Below the pieces are notes generated by a model. It was not told the DNA's origin and searched no databases. It saw only the letters and a program-made list of their open reading frames with translations. A DNA stretch of 64,000 nt from Proteromonas lacertae (lineage: Eukaryota): contig NGBS01000871.1 in NCBI GenBank assembly GCA_002245135.1, positions 1 through 64,000 on the forward strand, read 5' to 3'. Positions 41,608-54,223 of the stretch are shown in pieces (position 1 is the first letter of the stretch; the number at the start of each line of letters is the position of its first letter). The position numbers and the translations under genes were made by a program.

Positions 41608-41739
41608 TGTTATTGATTTTTCTTCTAAACAATCAATTATTTCTTCATTTTCTTTCATTAATCTAATCTCTCTGTCATTTAATTCAATTACTGATATATC
41701 AATCATTTTTAATGGTTTATAATCTTTTAACCTTTCTAT
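41608..41739 (-). repeat. Dispersed 132-nt LRR-derived repeat, copy B
   Basis: Matches 28531-28662; translates IERLKDYKPLKMIDISVIELNDREIRLMKENEEIIDCLEEKSIT. Confidence 0.85.
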
Positions 41740-41875
41740 AAATACTTGACAGATTTAATGAAATATAAGAATCATTGATTTAAAAGAATTATTTAACTCA
41801 ATTGTCATTTATTTTATATTGAAGCGTTGATCTAGATTTTAAGAATAAGAATAAATCAAAAAAAAAAAAAACATT

Positions 41876-43560
41876 TTATATTATATCTAAATCATTTTTC
41901 ATATAGTCCAAATCAACATCTTTCTCTGCTGTAGGAGTCCAAACTGACACAGTATTAGATAAACCACTAGATACAACATATGGAATATAACTTGGATGCT
42001 GTTGAATACAATTAACAGCACCAATTTCATCTGCTTCCAATATTGTCACTATTTCTCCATTAAAAGTATCCCACATGAATATATGGCCAGTATCACTACC
42101 ACTAATTACATATTCACTATATCTTCCATAAAAATTCACTTCTTTTATTGTTTGAATGTTTTGATGACCTTTATATAACTGTAAGTAATCATTAGAAATC
42201 CCATCATCATGATTTTGATTTTTCAAATCATATAATAATATATCTCCATTTTGATAGGAAACTACACATTTTGTTCCATTGAAATTATATTTTGCTGAGG
42301 TTAAAGAATTGGAAGAAAACATTTCGAAAATATTTAAATGTCTAAATTGAGGTATTCTTGCTTCTCCTTCTCCTTCTTCCTCTTCCTCTTCTTCTTCTTC
42401 ATCCTCTTCTTCTTTCTCTTCTTCTTCAGTATTCATTTCAAAATTTTCATAATTATTCTCTAAACGATCATTATCTTCGTTCTCTGAATCATCATCTTCA
42501 CATCCTATCAAATTCTCATCTACAGAAGCATCAGACAAATCTTCAAATACTTCATGTTCTTCATTATCATTACTCTCTTCATTATCACTATTATTTGTAT
42601 CACTACTATTCAAATTTTCATTTGGATTGACATTTATATTCATATTGTCATGGCTATTATCCTCATTCTCACTTTCATTTATATTTTCATTTTCATTTTC
42701 ATTATTATTAGCAATAACTATTTCAGTACTATTCGAGTATCTAATTCTACTTCTCTTTAAAACATTATAATTACAATCATTCTTTGGATGTTTTAATGCA
42801 AATAATGGAACATCTATTTTTCTTATATCAAAAAAAGTTAAAATCCCTTTTTCACCTCCACACATCATTTCATTACCATTTATTGGATTGATATTCAATG
42901 TATAAAGAGGTCTATTATAATTATTAAATACTGTTTCACTTCTATCACTTCTTCTATCATATTTCAATAATTGTCCACTTTCACAACAACAGTAGATTAC
43001 TTGTGGATCTTGTCTATTTATAGCTACTCTATGTATGGAATTGACATGCTGAATTATTATTCTATGTTGATTATGCTCAATATTGTGTATTACCACTTTA
43101 CCATCTAATGCACAACTAATTATTTCATTTTCATTTGTATATGGTATATTAATCGCATGAAATACATTTGCTATATGCATAGTACTAGCAATGTCCAGTT
43201 TTAATCGATGAGTCCATGTATCAAACAGTAAAATACGTGTGTCATCAGATCCACTCATTATATAATTACCAGTTTCGCTAAAATTGACTGTATTAACACA
43301 ACCATGATGACCTTTTAAAAAACATTCTCTTTTAAATCTACTTACAAGTGATGGAGATGAAAATATGTCTGTATCACCACTAGAATAAAATTTTGGGACA
43401 GAATAATAATGTTTTACCCTATTTTTATCCTATTTTTACTCAATTATATAGAAATTTATACTAATGGAGGATAGGTATTATATAAGGAGTTATTTGGGCT
43501 ATCATCACGATGTTGAACTTGTCTAAACCTTTGATTAAATAAAGCAAAAAATATATCCAT
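41876..43560 (-). CDS. DCAF8/DCAF6/WDTC1-like WD40 protein with an acidic insertion, 2 exons
   Basis: GHHGCVNTVNF...SGSDD, YKGHQN.QTIKEVNF.G..SEYVISGSDTGHIFMWD, ADE..AVNCIQQHP. Confidence 0.85.
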
Positions 43561-43939
43561 TCTTTATGAGAAAAAACAAACTCTTCTCAAAAATTGTATT
43601 GTTTTTATACATTATTCAATTAAGAGTAATATTTTTGTAATAAAACGAAAGAAAAACGTTGCAGGTATAATGATGGGTATTAATACATACAATTATAACT
43701 CTATTAACTTCGGATTTCTGTGATATTAAAAAAGTAGTCATTAAATAGTCTCAAATCGTTAAATACAGCTTACTTATACTAAATATCAGTGTTGTTACTC
43801 TATCTATTCGAAATGACCTAAATCAGTATTTAGTCACTTTATTGTCTTTATATTAATTTTTACATGGTTATAGAAGCACATACATTACTTATCCATAATT
43901 TCATATTTAGAGGAATTCAACAAACCTCTCTTTCTCTCA

Positions 43940-44961
43940 ATGATTGAATTACTGTTAGCTATTCCTGTTATTATGGTGATTCTAGCTCAAATAATTGATA
44001 TGCTCAGCAAAACCGCTGTTAAAATTCCCAAAGAACCAGTAACTGGGATTATTGATGGAAGAGGTAAAGCGATTCAGCAACTTAATCCTTCAGAAGATAT
44101 GTATAAAATTTAAATACACATTAATAGGAGAATTATAAGCTTAGTACCTTCTCATACAGAAACATTATGTGACTTAGGATTGCAGAGTTGTGTAAAGGGA
44201 GTAACAAAATACTGTATGAAACCCAGTTCAATAAAAGAGCAAGCCGTATAATATTTGAAAATTAGTTTTATAAATTAGAGAATAATAGGTGCTCCTAAAA
44301 CGTTAAATATAAATCTGATAAAGAATCTAAATCCAACATTAATAGTAAGTGAATTAGAAGAAAATACAAAAGATCAAATTGAAGAATTGGATAAATTATT
44401 CCCAGTTTATGTTAGATATCTTTTTAAGAATAAATTGTTAAATAATACAATTTCTTTAATAATTAATTCACTGATAATATTACTATTAATGATGTAATAA
44501 AATCTATATCCAATATAAGTAAAATAACACACAGCGAAGAAAGAGGAAATGAAATAATAGAGAATATAAACAATACAATGAAAAGAATGGAAGAAATAAA
44601 GTTAACTAATAATAATAAAAAAAGTGTATTGTATTTAATATGGAAGGATCCATATATGGCTGCAGGAAGTAATACTTACATTAACTCTGTGTTAGAATTA
44701 TTGGGATTTAATAATGTTTTATCACAGAAGAGAAGATATCCAAAAATAAATAATGAAGAGATTAAAGAGCTCAATCCTGATGTGATATTACTGCCAAATG
44801 AACCATATTCGTTTGAAGAATCTGATATTGAAGAATTAAATGAATTGCTACCTAAAAGTAAGATATTTATGATAGAAGGTGAGCCATTCTGTTGGAGTGG
44901 AAGTAGATTTTATAAAGGAATTGAAATCTTTGAAAAATTACTCAAAGAAATTAGTTCATAA
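43940..44961 (+). CDS. BtuF/TroA-like helical-backbone metal receptor (cobalamin/iron-siderophore binding type) with N-terminal hydrophobic anchor; two GT-AG introns and one AT-AC intron; start may lie further upstream
   Basis: Spliced product: RIISLVPSHTETLCDLGL...GVTKYC..P...EENTKDQIEEL...PVYVSD...YLIWKDPYMAAGSNTYINSVL...RYP...LNPDVILLPNEPYSF...GEPFCWSGSR. Confidence 0.85.
44416..44471 (+). other. U12-type AT-AC intron (56 nt)
   Basis: 5' ATATCTTTTTA, branch-like TTTCTTTAAT ~11 nt from the 3' end, ends CAC; removal gives AG|T = Ser in PVYVSD; no AG acceptor near the start of the downstream exon. Confidence 0.82.
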
Positions 44962-45087
44962 TCACTTCTCATTATTATATACCTCTTTTTTTGTGTTTTG
45001 ATGAATCACTAAAACGTAAAAACATATAAACAATAATAATAGAATATGTTGAAAAAACAAATTTAAGAAATGAGTTAATTGTATTAA

Positions 45088-46785
45088 TTATGGACATAAA
45101 CGTTTCTATTAATATAATATAGTATAATAGATATACTGGATCACGTGGGAACAAACTACATCTTCTCACATTATTCAATCCTAAAAACAACATCACTACT
45201 CTTTCCAATCCAATACCAGCTCCAGCATGTGGATTAGCTCCATGTTTAAATGAATTACAATAACTAGTCAATGTCTCCAATGGTATACCTTTAGCTTCAA
45301 TCTGTTTACATAATAATGCATAGTCGTGGACTCTTTGAGCACCTGATAATACTTCTTGTCCTCTTATAAAGAAATCAAATGAATTGGAATAACGACTATC
45401 TTCGCTATCTGGCATAGTGTAAAATGGACGAGCTTCTACTGGGAATTTGTCTAACATATAGAAATCAGTATGATATTTCTCTTTGACGATCTTTCCTAAC
45501 AGTTTTTCACCTTCTGTTGGTAAATCTCCATGTGGATCAATTTCTAAACCTGCTTCTTTTAATAATTCATAACCTTCTTTAAATGTTAATCTTACTGTCT
45601 TCTTTGGATATTCTAATGGTTCAGCTGGGAATTGTTTTCTAATAATTTCAATTTCTTTACTGAATTTTGCATTTAATCCATCAAATATATAAACGAATAA
45701 ATCTCCCAACATGTCCATACACTCGTGATAATGTTCATGGATTGTCATTTCGAGATCTAAACCAGTAAATTCACATAGATGTCTCTGCGTATTTGAATTC
45801 TCTGCTCTAAATACTGGACCTAGTTCAAATACTCTACCGAAATCAGAACATGCAGCAGTCATCTGTTTAAATAATTGGGGGCTTTGAGCCAAACATGCTG
45901 GTGAGCCAAAATAATCTAATTTAAATACATCAGCACCACCTTCACTTGCACCTCCTTGTAATTTGGGTGTATGAATTTCAACAAAGTTCTTTTCGTATAA
46001 GAAATTTCTGAATAACATACCAACACCACTTTGTACTCTAAATATTGCTTGATTGTAGGGTATACGCAAGTCGATCCATCTATAATCTAATTTAGTATCT
46101 GGATTGACTGTAGGAAGTGGTTTACTCTGATCGTCAGTAGCTTCTTCTGTTTTTTGTGGCTGGGCACTATCTGCTCTAATAGCATCTTCAATTTGAAATG
46201 GTAATTCTGGAGCTGAATTTGAAATGATATGGAATGTTGCTATTTTCAATTCAAAATCCTATTTTAATTAATTAAAATATTTATACAGAGATGGATGCGC
46301 ATGTAATTGGTTGATCTACTGGCGATATTGTACCTGTGATGTCAACTACACTTTCTTTATTGGTCTTTGACATAAATTTGATCATTCCTTTTGGTATTTC
46401 CTCACTTTGGAATGCAACACCTTGAATTGTGTGATATCCTTGACGAAGAACAATAAAACTACACTTACCTTTTCCTTTTATATCTTGAACTCTTCCTCTT
46501 ACTAATACTTTTTCGTTGATGTGCTTTTCTAAGTCGTTTAAATCTAACCACACTTTTTCTGTATGTCCTTGAGATTGGACTAATGGAGCAAATCCATACA
46601 ATTCAGGATGCTCTTCTTCAACAACTACTTCAGCTTGCTTCTTTTGTCTTTCTAACATTCTTAATTCTTTCTTAGTAAGCTTTTTTGGTGCCTATTTTTG
46701 CATTAATCAATTAGATATCTTATACTGGTGCAGTTTCTCCTTCTACAGCTGGCGCAGGTGGAACAGATTGTGTGTTTTCAGACAT
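45088..46785 (-). CDS. DARS1: Cytosolic aspartyl-tRNA synthetase, 4 exons
   Basis: LDYRWIDLR, SEGGADVF, LAQSPQ, GPVFRAENSNT.RHLCEF, SGAQR, GIGLER, FPRDP|KRLCP*. Confidence 0.95.
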
Positions 46786-46956
46786 TCAAAATTCAATAGT
46801 CGAGCTTTTGGTTTGATTTATTTCAATTCTTTTTCCGATTTAACTGCAAAGCAATGCGAATTCGCTATCATTTTAGTATTATTTAGGGTTAATATACACA
46901 TTAATAACAAATGTTTATAATTATTAATAAAAAAACCTTAAACTTTAAGAGAATAT

Positions 46957-49540
46957 TCAATATTCAAAATCATGTAGTAATTGTGACGGAGGTAGATGAA
47001 ATTCAGGAGGATTTTGAATAGGTTGCAACATTGTTTCAGATAGTGGACTTCTTGGTGTTATAGCTGTTTGTGTAGGATTTGTTGGTGTATTTTCCTCAAG
47101 GTCTAACTGTATATGAAATGGATTATTTCTTGGTGGTAGTTGCCTTAATTGTGGAGGTGCTTCTCTAAGATTTTCTACATATCCAGGTGGGTTTTGAATA
47201 GGCTGTAATAATGGATGATTTCTTTGAGTCAAAAGCCTTCTATTTCTTTCACTACGCCATATATGTACTAATTGTTGCATTGGCTCTAAAACATGTAGTT
47301 CTCTCAATTCTCGTTGCATCTGAAGCTGTTGCAGTTCTCTTAGTTGTTGTTGCATCTCCTGCTGCTGTTCTCTTAGTCGTTCTTCTCTTAGTCGTTCTTC
47401 TCTTTGTCTTTGTTCTCTTTGTTGTTCTTCTCTTTGTCTTCGTTGTACTAGTCTTGTAAACATCCTTTGATTTGGATTATTGACCATATTCATCAACCTT
47501 AAGTTTTCAATATCTTCATCATCATAATCAATACGATTTTCATCATTTCTTCTTATAAGTTCAATATCATTTCTAATCATTAATAAATCATTTAAATGTG
47601 TCTGTAAATTTGTCTGTAAATTAATTTCAAGTTCGTCATCTGCTTCTAGTAAATCACTTTCTATTGTTAATTGAAGAATTATTTTTTCTATTTTTTCTAT
47701 CGATTCAGTATAACTAACATTACAACTTATAAATATAAAGCAATTCATAATTGTATCAAATATTTCTTCGATTAATTCTCTCACTTTTTTCTATTTCATT
47801 ATATTTATATTTATTATACATTCTTTTTAAAAAACAATATATAATCTCTTTTCTCTTTTATTGATAAATATCTAAATTTATTATAATTTACAAACTAAAA
47901 TACTTCGAATAGAGATACTTAAATGAATATTTCATTTTTTCTTTACGAATCATATTTTTAGCTTCAGCTTTTTCATGTTCTCGATTACATTCATAGAATC
48001 CACCTGTTGCTTGGCCATGAATTGACCAAGGTCCTAAACATAACCAACAGAACTCATGATTACAATTCACACACTTCATGTGATTACATCCTCGGTTCTT
48101 CTCTATTCTAACATGACATTTTGGACAAAATTTGGTTGTGTTGTTTATCAAATATACTGCTTTTGTTATATCTTCATTTTCTTCATATTCTTCATTTTCT
48201 TCATTTTCTTCATCAAATTTGTTATTTTGTATTTTCATTTGTGATAGTAATTCTGTGAATTCTCTTCTCTCATCACAACTACATGGAATATGAGGTTTTT
48301 CAAAACATAATCCACAAAATTTATGATGATTTTTACATTCAAGATAATACATATCATTTAATCTTTCATCACATACATAAACAACTTCATTACATTTGGG
48401 ATAAGGACAATGAATTAGATTTTTTTCTCTATATATTTAAATAATATTTTATAATATTTACTGTTTCATAATTTCTCTTTCAATATTCTTTTTGTACATC
48501 TTCATCACTTCTCCTCCTAATCCTTTTATATCTTCCATTGTCAATTTCATATTACAATTATCTTTCATACATTTTAATTCACTTTCACCTTCCTATTAAT
48601 AATTCATTATTCTAATATTTATACCTTTAATTTTGTTATTAGATAATTCTTCCAACAACTTTTACAATAACTGTGATTACATTTAACCCAAAAGAATTCA
48701 TATATATCTGATTTATTACAACATATTTTACATTCCATTGAATTTGGAATTTTTATATTATGATGGTAATAATTATAGAAAAGTGATTTCATATTTGTAT
48801 AACTCTTCAATAACTCTTTAGAGAAATTTGGAGGAATATCCAGAGAATCTATAAATAAATAAAAGAATTATACTAGTTATATCATTAATTTTATCTTTAT
48901 TTGTATATGCAAAACTGGTCTGCAGTCTTAAACTACCAATTCTATTATAATATTTAATTATCTTTCTCATTTTATGATTATTATTTATGATACACCAATC
49001 ATTTGCACTTTGTCCATAGTTGTCTTTCTAATAATATCAATATTTAAGATTTTATACAATTTCTCGATTAATTCCTAAAATTGAAAGTAATTTTTCACAT
49101 AAATACGATTGATCACTCTTCACTAAGTAATGTAGAGCTGTGCAACCGGAATTATCCTGTTTGTTTATTAACTCACTACCCAGTTCTGAATAGTAGTCTA
49201 TGAAGAACATAAGACATTTTAACTTATTCTCTGGTAAACAGTGATTTTTGTGATTACATTTTTGACAAATACAATGAAGAATTGTCTGACCAGCAGAATT
49301 GAGTGATTTAAGAATAAATTCAGAGGATTTTAAACAACATATTCTAAATATCGAATCTAGTCCACATATTGCTGCATGATGTGTAAAAAGATAATCCTTA
49401 TTTTTGATTGATAGATGAGGATCAAATAATGTTTCATTAGATTCATGTTGTATAATATCTAAAATATAGCGATCATTTCCCTCTGTAAATGCTTCCAATA
49501 ATTTTTTTGGTTTTGATGTAAATAGGCTAAAAATACTCAT
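46957..49540 (-). CDS. Ankyrin-repeat + RBR E3 ubiquitin ligase, ANKIB1/Ariadne-like, about 7 exons
   Basis: Ankyrin repeats (GQTILHC, GCTALHY); RING1 CKICC...CNHSYCKSCW; IBR CPYPKC...HKFCGLC..KPHIPCSC; RING2 CPKCHVRIEKNRGCNHMKC..C.HEFCWLC. Confidence 0.85.
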
Positions 49541-49646
49541 TTTTACACTACACTTAATTTCTATAATAGAAAGTCACAAACAAACATATTATTATTAAAA
49601 TGATTAGATATATAGAATATAAAGATATAAGCTCTAAATGTAAGTC

Positions 49647-51859
49647 TTACTGCAACTCAGGTGGCAAATCTAATTGATCTGGTATATCCTCTTCATTATC
49701 AATCACAACAACTGAATCGTCTTTACTTTCATCACTTTTATGAGCAACTACTGGTTGAGCTGCAGGTTCAACCTTTGTTTCTATTTTATTCCCATCAATT
49801 TTAACATAATTACTATTATTGTTATTATTGTTGTTTTGGTTGATTGGTTGGTTATTATTGTCATTATCATTCATTTCAGGATGTACTGGAACAACATTTG
49901 GTAATTCAACTTCCACTGGTTTCATTTCTAATACAGCATTAATGTTATTATTACTACCACTTTCTTCTTCTTTCTTCTTCTCTTTTTTAGTATGAATTAA
50001 TGATAATAAATATGAAAATATTCCTAATAATTCACCATGAGGATGATTTTTAGTCATTTTCCATAAACATAATCCACTGATAATAGATCTCCAATTAACA
50101 AATGCAATAATTATAAACACAACGATTATAATACCAGTCAAAATAGCCAAAGTTTTATATTCTCCTATATGAAAGAACACATAATAATCAGTTGCATCTC
50201 TCATTCTTTTCATTGTATAAAACATTGTAATTAATCTACCACAACTACAAATCACACTTAAATAATAAAACAATAAATAGACTGGTTCTTCAGTGTATTT
50301 AGTGAAGATAATTATTAGAAAAATAACATCAATTACAAACATGACTACATAGATAATCCCTAAATCAGTTTCATCATATTGATTATAAGCGAAACAATAG
50401 ATGAAATAGAACAAATCAAATATCATTGTAATACCCATTTCTATTTTTATATTCTTAGATGAATGATTAAAACTATTCTCTTCACGATGATTATTATTTT
50501 GATTTTGATTATTGTTATTCTTTGGCAATAATTCAACATTTACACTATCTCTATTCACAAACAATCTCCAGCCATCTTTTACCATTAATACACTATAACC
50601 AGCAGCAAATAAATACACAAGCATTACACAACCATATGATATATATGAAAATAAACTAATGTTATAATCTATTTTAAAATCTCCTCCTCCTTGATCTGTA
50701 TTTTCATTTGGCAATGGGAAATATCTATCAACATAAAACTGTCGATCTTCTTCACTATCTGCATTTCCTTGATTAATAATAATATATTGAATTGTACGTA
50801 CTAAAAAGTATATAAATAATCCTAAATATCCTAATCCAACACCACACATCAACAGAAAACTTAAGAAATATCCAACAGCTTCATTCTTCTTCATACTTTG
50901 AGGAGTGACATTGAAGAAATAAATAAGATGAAAAACAGCAAAAACAATAGAAAATGCAGCTACTAAATCTTCCATCATTAAATTATAAGTGAAATTTAAG
51001 ATTGGAAAACCAATATCAAGAATTATGAATAACAAAATGAATTTTTCAATCTCTTTCATTAAGATTGAATAGGATTCTTTCTCTTCGTATATATCCATTG
51101 ATTTCTCTGGTGCTATATTGTAATCTTTAAGGACGAATTTACCATACACTGCAATTTTAAAAGAGATTGTGAAAAGAACCATCGTAACTACCATAAATAC
51201 GACATGCGCTATTCTATTGAATAAATATATCATAATAAGTATATAATATATATTTATACAAAACTCCTAACACATCTTTTTCATCACCATTCTTATCTAT
51301 GTTTATTCTTCTGTGTATATGGTAGAAATCATGAGATTTCATATCACTATTCTTCTCTCCATTACTAATACGGTTATACTGTTGCCAAGCCCAAGCTAAT
51401 TCTATACCTAAGTGACAAATTACACCAATATATCCAAGCATGACTCCATTGACAAGGTAATAAAACTAAAGAATAAATAAGCAATTTATAAATACAAGTA
51501 TGTGGAATTTAGACTGAATATAATCCTTAGAAATGATGAAAAAATAAACTAAATATATAAAGAAGAATATGATCAACACACTGACCATCATATCTTCATG
51601 GTAGTTATAATAAGCATAGGCTGCGAATATGTAGAGAAATAGGATTACCTGTAAGCTAAACACTCGAAACTTATACCATAATTATAATTAATGTTCTTTT
51701 TATAACAATTTTCGAAGACGAGATGGTTTGAATGTCTATATCATAATCATCTTCATCATCGTAGTCTGAGTCTTGTTCGTATTGGGTATTAACGACAGGA
51801 TTTCTAACGACTGGAACTACATTACTTACAGGGACTCTTGTTAATTTTATCTCAGCCAT
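49647..51859 (-). CDS. Uncharacterised multi-pass membrane protein, 4 exons
   Basis: Many hydrophobic segments; ORFs 51671, 51466, 51214 and 49647 join in frame via GT-AG introns. Confidence 0.65.
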
Positions 51860-52062
51860 TTTAAATGAAAACAGCAAAAATTTTAAAACGACAAATGATT
51901 GGTTGTTTATGATTTTTTTGATAAACCCATTTCAAAAATTTAAACACAAAAACCCCACAACAACAATAAAAACATATTAAACATTTAAATTCTATAAATA
52001 ATTGAGTGGCTATTTTAAATTAATTACATTCAATCTTATTCTACTTCTGTTCCTTAATCACA

Positions 52063-52831
52063 TTAATTTTTACAAAATGGAATTGACTGCACAAATACAA
52101 TATTTTTACTTTCATCATTAACAGTCATTATGCTCTCTTTCACAGTTGATATTGGTATAATTTCATCTTCCTTTTGAAGCTGTGATTTATATGGTCTATA
52201 TATTATTGCAGGTGATGTTGATTGTGTTGGTAATAAAACCTTTGATCCTTCTCTTATAGATATTATCATATTATGATAATATTGTGAATAACACTATATA
52301 TAATAATATTAAAAGAATGGATATATATACAGCCAGTAATATACTAAAAGCAGGAATTATTGCTAAGATTACATTCACTAAAATATAAATGTGAATATCT
52401 TCTTCTACAATATTTGCTATCTTAGGTATATCACATCCAAACATAGCTAAAACTAATACTGTTATAATATAAATATAGCAGATGCTACGAAGTATAAATA
52501 AAACTGAAATCTATATAAAGGCAACAATAACACCTAAACATTATAATTATACAAGTATCCTTAAGCAACAAAAACATTTCGGTTTGATTGCAACCATTGC
52601 TAACTGTATTAAAACACATAATGGAATTAGGGCAGTAATTAATGAAACAAAATACATCGAATAACCACCAATAATCAAAGAAATAAACTAGTTTTTAAAC
52701 ATAACATAGAAAGATACTGTTTCTATTGAGAAACTGTAGAGTATTCTTTTCTGAATAGCTATATAATTTTGGTATTCCTCATCTCTTTTCAATTCTTGAA
52801 CTTTCTTATTTATTCGTATAGGAGATGACAT
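52063..52831 (-). CDS. Uncharacterised small membrane protein, 4 exons; 3' end uncertain
   Basis: MSSPIRINKK...FSIET|FISLIIGGY...LRIL|ISVLFIL...ILLA|CYSQYYHNMIIS; continuous after three introns. Confidence 0.55.
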
Positions 52832-52898
52832 AAAAAAACAGAAAAAAGATAGAAATACACAAAAATACAGTATTTAAAGATTGAAGTGAAATGATTTA

Positions 52899-54109
52899 AT
52901 GAGTTGTGTATGAATATTAGATTTAATCTATATAGAACAAGATTAACTCTCCTAAACGACTTTTAAAAGAAACAGAACAAAATTACTCAATATCCTTAAT
53001 TAAGCCGTTTAACCTTCAATATTTTATTGAGAGTATGGTATTATTAGACTCTTTATACATTTATGATGTTGTTTGCTACAGAATAAAAGATATTGACAAA
53101 AAGAAGTTGATAGTCGGTTTTCACTCTAAAACACTGTCATATTATGACAAACAGATATTGATAGATCTTCTGAATACATCTGAGGAAGATTTATTGAATG
53201 AAATAGAAGAAAAACTAATGAAAAAGAAGAAAAAATGCAGATTAAATGAAGAAAATCTTCTAAAAAATGATAAAATCTCATCACATTGGACTAATAGCAG
53301 AGTAATGGTTGATTTGATGATGAATAATGACTATTATTTCATCGTTTATCATAAATTAGCAAAATCAAAAAGTATGTTATATATTGGTTATATTATAAAT
53401 AAATAGAAGAATGGATTGATTATAGTTTAGAAGAATATAATTACAATAGCAGTAGTTCAGAATTTAGTTTAAATGATTGTCATTTTGGTGATGTTGGAAT
53501 AGAATATTTGAGTTTTAATATATCAAAATTAACTAATATAAAGAAACTAGAATTGAAATGTATATATTTATTTATTTATTTTATTCATTATTGTTTATTT
53601 GTATAGCAAATGAGATAAAAGATAGTGGATTAAAAATTCTTTCAAATTCCTTTATATTAACCCCAGAACTGACAGATTTGGAATTAAATGAAAATTATAT
53701 AACGCAAAATGGAATGATATATCTATGTGATAATCTAAAGTATATTAAATTCCTCAAGAAATTGGATTTAAGTAATAATATGATAGGTGATAATGGATTT
53801 GAAATGTTTTGTGAGAATATTCATTATATTACTGATTTAAAAGTGTTGCATGTTAATAATAATTATATTACTGATGATGGAATGAAGATATTTTGTATAT
53901 ATTGTTCTAAATTAGTGAATATAAAGGATTTGTCATTTAATAATAACAAAATTACTGATGATTGTTGTGACATTATTGCAAAGAGTATTTGTAAATGTTC
54001 TAAATTAAATAAGTTATTGTTAATTGATAATTATTTTGAAAATGATTTGGAATTTCAAAGTGCTGTAATATATAATCATCCAAATCCTGAATTAGATGTA
54101 GAAATATAA
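52899..54109 (+). CDS. RI-like leucine-rich-repeat protein, 4 exons
   Basis: 28-residue LRRs (LDLSNNMIGDNG, LHVNNNYITDDG, LSFNNNKITDD); ATG 52899 plus a 28-nt intron extends ORF 53035 upstream. Confidence 0.8.
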
Positions 54110-54223
54110 ATTAATTTAATAATTAAATGTATAATAGTTTATGTGGTGTTGTTTTATATGGTTTTTAAATGATCTGGTTATAGAAAAATATTTTGGCTCA
54201 CCCAAAAGAATCATTTTTAAAAA

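Noticed and set aside
44975..45135. Apparent hydrophobic C-terminal extension on AspRS
   Set aside because: Read-through of a 29-nt intron; the spliced end is the canonical FPRDPKRLCP*.
52985..53010. ATATCCTT (perfect U12 donor) and TAAGCC upstream of ORF 53035
   Set aside because: Lies in an open frame that continues to ATG 52899 via a normal GT-AG intron; no splice is needed.
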